Below, piece by piece: positions 58,567 through 64,000 of a stretch of 64,000 bases of DNA. The stretch is from Brachyspira sp. (GTDB lineage Bacteria; Spirochaetota; Brachyspiria; Brachyspirales; Brachyspiraceae): assembly GCF_029258575.1 (NCBI RefSeq), contig NZ_JARHYI010000121.1, positions 1,188-65,187 of the forward strand. Direction: 5' to 3'. The notes under the pieces were generated by a model. The model was given only the letters and a program-made list of their open reading frames with translations, made no database searches and had not been told where the DNA came from. A program made the position numbers and the translations under genes. Numbering within the stretch: the stretch's first letter is position 1; each line of letters begins with the position of its first letter.

Positions 58567-58987
58567 GTTTAATATCGCCTCCTTTTACAACTTTCACAAA
58601 TATTCCTTTTTTAGGCATAATGCAATCTCCTACCAATTGCTTTATATCGCATCCATGATGGCATGCTTTTCCTATTTTTGAAACTTCTAGTATAGTATCG
58701 CCTATATACATTTTAGTTCCTATAGGAAGTTTATAAAGCTCAACACCTTTTGTTGTGATATTTTCAGCAAAGTCTCCTGGTTTAAGTTCTGTTTTCATGT
58801 TGGTGTTTGTATATTCTATATCTTCAATAGCAAGTACTGAAACTTGTCTGTCTTTGAGCTTATCAAAATGTGCATCATTAAGAACACCTTTATCTTCTAT
58901 TAATGTTATTTTTTCTACAGGTATCTTTACTGTACCTCTATTTTGTGATATATTTAAAGAAATTAATTCAAAGTATTTTTTTTCCAT
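58538..58987 (-). CDS. MOSC domain protein
   Basis: DAHF...RQVS.LA.E, PGDFAENITT.G, GKACH..C, CIMPKKGIF.KV..GG.I. Confidence 0.9.
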   Translation of the reverse strand: MEKKYFELISLNISQNRGTVKIPVEKITLIEDKGVLNDAHFDKLKDRQVSVLAIEDIEYTNTNMKTELKPGDFAENITTKGVELYKLPIGTKMYIGDTILEVSKIGKACHHGCDIKQLVGDCIMPKKGIFVKVVKGGDIKLEDTCYYCI

Positions 58988-59145
58988 ACATTCAAATCCA
59001 ACATTAAAAAATCATATTATAGAATTTAATATAAAACTATAAAATATTCAATATCTATATAATTTTTTTTTAGAATTTTATTTAAAAATTACAAAAAAAT
59101 TATTATAATATTTATTGAGATATATTTATTGTATAAGGAAAGTAA

Positions 59146-60006
59146 ATGAATAATAAACAAATATTGGATAAGGCATTAGAACTTGTCAATTTGAATATAG
59201 AAACAGAATTAATAAAAATATTAAAAACTTCAGGATCCGTACCAAGAACATTTGATGCCTTTATGATAGTTTATAAAGAAGATAATAAACAAAAGAATAT
59301 TGGTACAATTGGCGGCGGATTATTAGAATTTGAAGCTATAAAAGATGCATATAATTTTTTAAACAATAAAGAAACTTCAAATAAAGAATATAATCTTACT
59401 CCTCAAGATGCAGGTGGAATAGGTATGGTATGCGGAGGAAGTGCTGAAATTTCATTTATATATTTGAATGATAATAAAGATATTATAAATGATTTGAAAA
59501 AAGAAATAGAATCTAAAGAAAGTAATGTTTATATATTTGGAGCGGGACATGTATCTTATGATTTGGTTGAAGTTTTATACAAAATAGGTTTTAATTGTAT
59601 TGTTATAGATGATAGAGATGAATTTGCCAATAAAGATAGATTTCCTAATGCAAGTAAAATAATAACAGAAGATTATGATAATGTATTTAATAAAATAAGT
59701 ATTACGGATAAAGATTATATAATTATAGTAACTAGAGGGCATTCTCATGATTATGTAGTAGAAAAGAATGCTTTAAAAACTAATGCATTATATATAGGAA
59801 TGATAGGAAGTAAGAAAAAAATCAAAACATTGCATGATAAACTCAAAGCAGAAGAAAATTATACTGATTATATGATGTCAAGAGTGCATGCTCCAATAGG
59901 TATAGCAATAGGTGCAGAGAATACAGAGGAAATAGCGATTAGTATAGCTGCGGAACTTATACTTGTAAGAGCAACAGCAGAAAATAGAAGGAAAGTAAAA
60001 AACTGA
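59146..60006 (+). CDS. xdhC: XdhC/CoxI family Moco-insertion chaperone
   Basis: SGSVPR, GTIGGG.LE, GMVCGG, IFGAGHVS, VTRGHSHD, YIGMIGSKKK, APIGI.IGAE..EEIAISI.AE. Confidence 0.9.
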   Translation: MNNKQILDKALELVNLNIETELIKILKTSGSVPRTFDAFMIVYKEDNKQKNIGTIGGGLLEFEAIKDAYNFLNNKETSNKEYNLTPQDAGGIGMVCGGSAEISFIYLNDNKDIINDLKKEIESKESNVYIFGAGHVSYDLVEVLYKIGFNCIVIDDRDEFANKDRFPNASKIITEDYDNVFNKISITDKDYIIIVTRGHSHDYVVEKNALKTNALYIGMIGSKKKIKTLHDKLKAEENYTDYMMSRVHAPIGIAIGAENTEEIAISIAAELILVRATAENRRKVKN

Positions 60007-60114
60007 TTTATATTATAATGTTAATTAAAAAAATTATAAAAATTGTGAGTGTCTAGTAACTTTAGTTGCTAGATGCATAATGTGAATAATTTTTATTTAT
60101 AAATAGGAGTTAAT

Positions 60115-61326
60115 ATGGCAAGAACTTTTTTACACCCTGATGAGGCTTTAGAATTGGTATTGAAAAACTCTGAAGATTATGGCAATGAAAAAATATCAGT
60201 GCTTGATTCTTATAATAGGGTTTTAGTTGATGACATTTATGCTTTGAATGATGACCCTCCTTTTAGTAAATCTTCTATGGATGGTTATGCCTATAGAAAA
60301 GAAGATGAAAATAGAGATAATTATGTATTAATTGAGGATAAAGTTGTATCGGCAGGATTTTGTGTAGATATTGATGTAAAAAGTGGAGAATGTGTGAAAA
60401 TAATGACAGGTGCTATGCTCCCTAAAGATTTTGATGCAGTTCAGAGGGTAGAGTGGACTGAAGAAAAAAAAGAAAATGGTAAAACTATTATTAATTTCAC
60501 TAAAAAAGAAATGTTTAATAATGTAATAAAAAAAGGCAATAATAAAAAAATAGGTGAAAAAATATTAGATAGAAAAATGCTTATGCCGAAAGATGCTGCG
60601 ATACTTGCAGGATTTGGCTATAGCAGTGTTGAAGTAAAAAAGAAAATTAGTACTGCTGTAATATCTACGGGTAATGAAATAGCAAATATAGGGGAATCTT
60701 TAAAAGAAGGTCAAATATATGATGCTAATGCTCCTATGCTTGTTTCCAGAACTTCAGCTTTATCATGCAGCAGCAAATTTTATGGTAAGGTTAATGATGA
60801 TGAAAAAGAGATAAAAGATGTATTATCAAAAGCATTGAATGAGAATGATATAGTTCTTATAAGCGGTGGAGTATCTATGGGAGATTTTGATTATGTTCAT
60901 AAGGAGTTATTAGAACTTGGAGTTAATCAAATATTTCATGGTATAGCTATGAAGCCCGGAAAACCTTTATTTTTTGGTAAATTAGGCAAGAAGGCTGTAT
61001 TTGCTTTACCTGGTAATACAGTTTCTTCTTTTATGACTTTTGAAATAATGGTTAAGCCTTATATATTAAAATGTTTGGGTGTAGATTATGATTCAAGTTA
61101 TATACAAGCTGTACTTTTTGAAGATTTTAAAAGAAAGGATACAGAAAGACTTGAGTATGTACCTGTTAATCTATTTTTTGATGAAACTAAATTATATGTC
61201 AAACTTATAAGATATAATAATTCTTCTATGATATCATCTTTTTCTGAGGCTAATGGAATATTAAAAATAGATATTGGTGTTTCTGATATCAATAAGGGGA
61301 GTATAGCAGATGTTAGATTCCTTTAA
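60115..61326 (+). CDS. moeA: Molybdopterin molybdotransferase
   Basis: PPFSKSSMDGYA, IMTGAMLP, STGNE, YDAN, SGGVSMGDFD, MKPGKP, ALPGN. Confidence 0.95.
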   Translation: MARTFLHPDEALELVLKNSEDYGNEKISVLDSYNRVLVDDIYALNDDPPFSKSSMDGYAYRKEDENRDNYVLIEDKVVSAGFCVDIDVKSGECVKIMTGAMLPKDFDAVQRVEWTEEKKENGKTIINFTKKEMFNNVIKKGNNKKIGEKILDRKMLMPKDAAILAGFGYSSVEVKKKISTAVISTGNEIANIGESLKEGQIYDANAPMLVSRTSALSCSSKFYGKVNDDEKEIKDVLSKALNENDIVLISGGVSMGDFDYVHKELLELGVNQIFHGIAMKPGKPLFFGKLGKKAVFALPGNTVSSFMTFEIMVKPYILKCLGVDYDSSYIQAVLFEDFKRKDTERLEYVPVNLFFDETKLYVKLIRYNNSSMISSFSEANGILKIDIGVSDINKGSIADVRFL

Positions 61327-62107
61327 TAGAGAAATAAATTATTTACGCATTTCTGTTACAGATAGATGTAATTTGAGATGTGTATATTGTATGCCTGAAG
61401 AAGGTATTATGAAAAAATCTCATCATCAGATTTTAACATATGAAGAAATATATAGTGTTGTAAAAGAGGCAGCAGAACTTGGAATAAAAAAAGTTAGACT
61501 TACAGGAGGAGAACCTTTAGTCAGAAAGAATATTGATGAATTAGTAGCTATGATTAGAAGTATAGAAAAAATAGAAACTATTGCTATGACTACTAACGCC
61601 GTTATGCTTTATGATATTGCAAAAAGGTTAAAAGAAGCTGGTCTTAATTCTATTAATATATCTCTTGATACTCTTGATAGTGAAAGATATAAATATATTA
61701 CAAGAGGGGGAAGTTTATATGATGCTATGAAAGGTATAAAAAAAGCATCAGAATTAGGTTTTCAATTAAAGATTAATGTAGTTATTTATGATGATAAAAC
61801 AAAAGAAGAACTTGCTTTGATAAATGAATATGCTTCAAATTTGAATGCCAAAGTTCAAACTATTCAGTATTATAATCTTAATGAACAGAAACTTGATGCT
61901 ATAGATTATGATAGACCTGCTAAATGTAAATTCTGTAATAGAATAAGATTATTGTCTGATGGATATTTATTAAGCTGTTTGCATAGTAATATAAAGTTTA
62001 AATTGGATTTTAATGATATAAGAAGTTCTATTATAAAATGTATAGATTATAAGCCTGAAAATGGTACTTATAGCGATGTGGAATCGCTTAGTATGATAGG
62101 CGGTTAA
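61310..62107 (+). CDS. moaA: GTP 3',8-cyclase (compact form)
   Basis: YLRISVTDRCNLRCVYC, RLTGGEPL, NISLDTL, CKFCNRIRL..DG...C, C-terminal MIGG. Confidence 0.92.
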   Translation: MLDSFNREINYLRISVTDRCNLRCVYCMPEEGIMKKSHHQILTYEEIYSVVKEAAELGIKKVRLTGGEPLVRKNIDELVAMIRSIEKIETIAMTTNAVMLYDIAKRLKEAGLNSINISLDTLDSERYKYITRGGSLYDAMKGIKKASELGFQLKINVVIYDDKTKEELALINEYASNLNAKVQTIQYYNLNEQKLDAIDYDRPAKCKFCNRIRLLSDGYLLSCLHSNIKFKLDFNDIRSSIIKCIDYKPENGTYSDVESLSMIGG

Positions 62108-62126
62108 TTAAAATTGAGGTTGAAAG

Positions 62127-62582
62127 ATGAGCGATAAATTAACACATATAGACGAAAGTGGTAATGCTAATATGGTGGATGTTGGAGATAAAGATATTGT
62201 AAAAAGAACTGCTGAGGCTGTTGGTAAAATATATTTATCTAAAGAAACTTTGAAACTAATAGAAGAAAATAATATAAAAAAAGGTGATGTTATATCTGTA
62301 GCTAGAATTGCAGGTATAATGGGAGCTAAACATACTTCTGAATTGATACCATTATGTCATAATATCAATATAGAGAAGGTTAGTTTAGACTTTACTATGG
62401 AAGAGGATTGTATACTCATAAAATCTTATTGTAGATGCAGTTATAAAACAGGTATTGAAATGGAAGCTTTAACTGCTGTTAGTATTGCTGCTCTTACTAT
62501 ATGGGATATGTGTAAGGCTGTAGATAAAAATATGAGAATATCAGATATTACACTTTTATCTAAAATCAAAAATATGCAATAA
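62127..62582 (+). CDS. moaC: Cyclic pyranopterin monophosphate synthase
   Basis: MVDVGDK, KKGDV, LIPLCH, TGIEMEAL, IWDMCKAVDK. Confidence 0.96.
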   Translation: MSDKLTHIDESGNANMVDVGDKDIVKRTAEAVGKIYLSKETLKLIEENNIKKGDVISVARIAGIMGAKHTSELIPLCHNINIEKVSLDFTMEEDCILIKSYCRCSYKTGIEMEALTAVSIAALTIWDMCKAVDKNMRISDITLLSKIKNMQ

Positions 62583-62610
62583 TTACTGATATATAATATA
62601 TCAGTAATTA
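62580..62610. terminator. Perfect 14-bp hairpin between convergent moaC and MCP genes
   Basis: TAATTACTGATATA-TAA-TATATCAGTAATTA followed by T-rich sequence. Confidence 0.75.
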
Positions 62611-62623
62611 TTATTTTTATTTT

Positions 62624-64000
62624 TTAATTGAAGTGGAAATAAGATACCTGTTTAACTATATTATTTGATTTATCTAGTACATCTCTGCTAGCATCAGCAC
62701 CTTCACTTGCTATTTTTGAAGTGTCCTGAGTTATTCTATTGATTTCTATTACAGCAGTATTAATTTCTGATACACTATTTTCTTCTTTTATTATGGCACT
62801 TGAAATTTCAGTTAATAGAGTTAGTACATCATTAACAGAACTTTCTATTTGATTTAATATATATGATGAAGCCATAACAGAAGCATTTCCGTTTTGTATT
62901 TTTTCTATAGTTTCATTTGCTATTGCTGTAATATCTTTTGCGGCATTTCCAACATTTATTGCTAGGTTTCTAACCTCACTAGCTACTACAGCAAAACCTT
63001 TTCCTTGATCCCCAGCACGTGCAGCTTCAACTGATGCATTCAAAGCCAATATATTAGTTTGAAATGCTATAGATTCTATTATATTTGTGATGTCTGATAT
63101 TTTTTTACTAGCCTCTGATATTTGAGCCATACTTTTTGATGTTTCACTTATGGCATTTACACCGTTTCTAGTAGCATTTGATACATTTTCACTCATATTT
63201 TTAGCATTACCAGCATTTTCTGCAGTTTCTTTTAATGATGAAAATACAAATTCTATAGATCTTGTTAATTGCTCCAATGCACTAGCCTGAGAGTTGGATC
63301 TGTCTGATAAATTTATGTTTCCATTTGTGATGATATTAACGGAGTTGTTTATTCCATTTATATCATCTTTCATATTGTATATAATATCTCCTAATTTATT
63401 TTGCATTTCATTAAGAGCTCTTATTACATTTCCAGTTTGATCTTTTTTATTTAATTCATTTTCATTGAAATGAGTATTAAAATTACCTTTAGACATGGAA
63501 TTTATTATAGATATTGTATTATATAATGTATTGGATATAGGTCTTACTATTAAAATAACTAATATAGCTTCCAAAGTTGATAGTATTATTAATACTGATA
63601 TAATGAGAATTAATAATTTTAATAATGATGAATATAATTCTTTATTCTTTATTTTTATAACTATATACCAATTGCTGTTTTTTATTTTCAATGATATATA
63701 AGAATTTTTTTTACCTATCCATTCATAGTGATTATTATTAATAATATCATTTTTATGAATAGATATTTTATTTTGATTGAATATATTTTCTTTTAAAATA
63801 TATCTGTCATTAGCATTGAATAAATATAACCCGTCTTTATTTATTATACTTAAATCATAATCATACTTTTTTATCTCTTCCAAGGCAGAATATATTATTT
63901 TTGAAAAATTAACATCAATACCTATTATACCCTGCAATTGTCCATTTGCATATATAGCTTTAGAAAATGTTATTACTACATCTTTGGTTATAGCATCTAT
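62624..64000 (-). CDS. Methyl-accepting chemotaxis protein, 5' end outside the window
   Basis: Frame stays open to the edge ([24 protein letters not shown]...); [37 protein letters not shown]. Confidence 0.93.
   Translation of the reverse strand: MDAITKDVVITFSKAIYANGQLQGIIGIDVNFSKIIYSALEEIKKYDYDLSIINKDGLYLFNANDRYILKENIFNQNKISIHKNDIINNNHYEWIGKKNSYISLKIKNSNWYIVIKIKNKELYSSLLKLLILIISVLIILSTLEAILVILIVRPISNTLYNTISIINSMSKGNFNTHFNENELNKKDQTGNVIRALNEMQNKLGDIIYNMKDDINGINNSVNIITNGNINLSDRSNSQASALEQLTRSIEFVFSSLKETAENAGNAKNMSENVSNATRNGVNAISETSKSMAQISEASKKISDITNIIESIAFQTNILALNASVEAARAGDQGKGFAVVASEVRNLAINVGNAAKDITAIANETIEKIQNGNASVMASSYILNQIESSVNDVLTLLTEISSAIIKEENSVSEINTAVIEINRITQDTSKIASEGADASRDVLDKSNNIVKQVSYFHFN

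Noticed and set aside
58988-59145. ModE operator in the divergent Moco promoter region
   Set aside because: Only a TATATA-like half-site in very AT-rich DNA, no matching second half, and no modE in the window
2380-63701. Short opposite-strand or nested ORFs in the track (e.g. 2380..2673, 6549..6875, 24769..25188, 38543..38935, 47071..47415)
   Set aside because: They overlap well-supported genes, lack motifs and look like shadow ORFs
1-64000. rRNA, tRNA, prophage, transposase or defence islands
   Set aside because: No recognisable sequence or protein motifs for any of these

Overview
Very AT-rich chromosomal window whose gene content and style point to a Brachyspira-type spirochaete (inference: ankyrin proteins, spirochaetal lipoboxes, MCPs, FapA, pta). 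It is mostly housekeeping and envelope genes: M42 peptidase, cheW-rbfA-nrnA-rnhA, gmhA, a GT9, mgtE, pta, ftsW-murG-murC-murB-like, xerC, fmt, galK, cls, rimP-nusA, ltaE, purB and an RluA-family synthase. It also holds three ankyrin proteins, two MCPs, a CBS-GGDEF protein, two divergent HD-GYP-like paralogues, a split peptide ABC transporter, and a molybdate/Moco cluster (modABC, mog, MOSC, xdhC, moeA, moaA, moaC) with no moaD/moaE/moeB. I saw no rRNA, tRNA, CRISPR array, prophage or transposase. The most notable observations are: (1) a full-length MurB-fold protein at the murB position that has lost its FAD-binding and catalytic motifs; (2) the MOSC-containing Moco cluster lacking MPT synthase genes; (3) two copies of a nested inverted-repeat intergenic element; (4) two HD-GYP-like proteins with altered GYP motifs; (5) three gene remnants the ORF track misses or mis-starts (frameshifted cyclophilin-like gene, MCP tail with two in-frame TAGs, truncated nitrilase); (6) a terminator-like leader before rimP-nusA. 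All calls come from motif recognition by eye; no searches were run.
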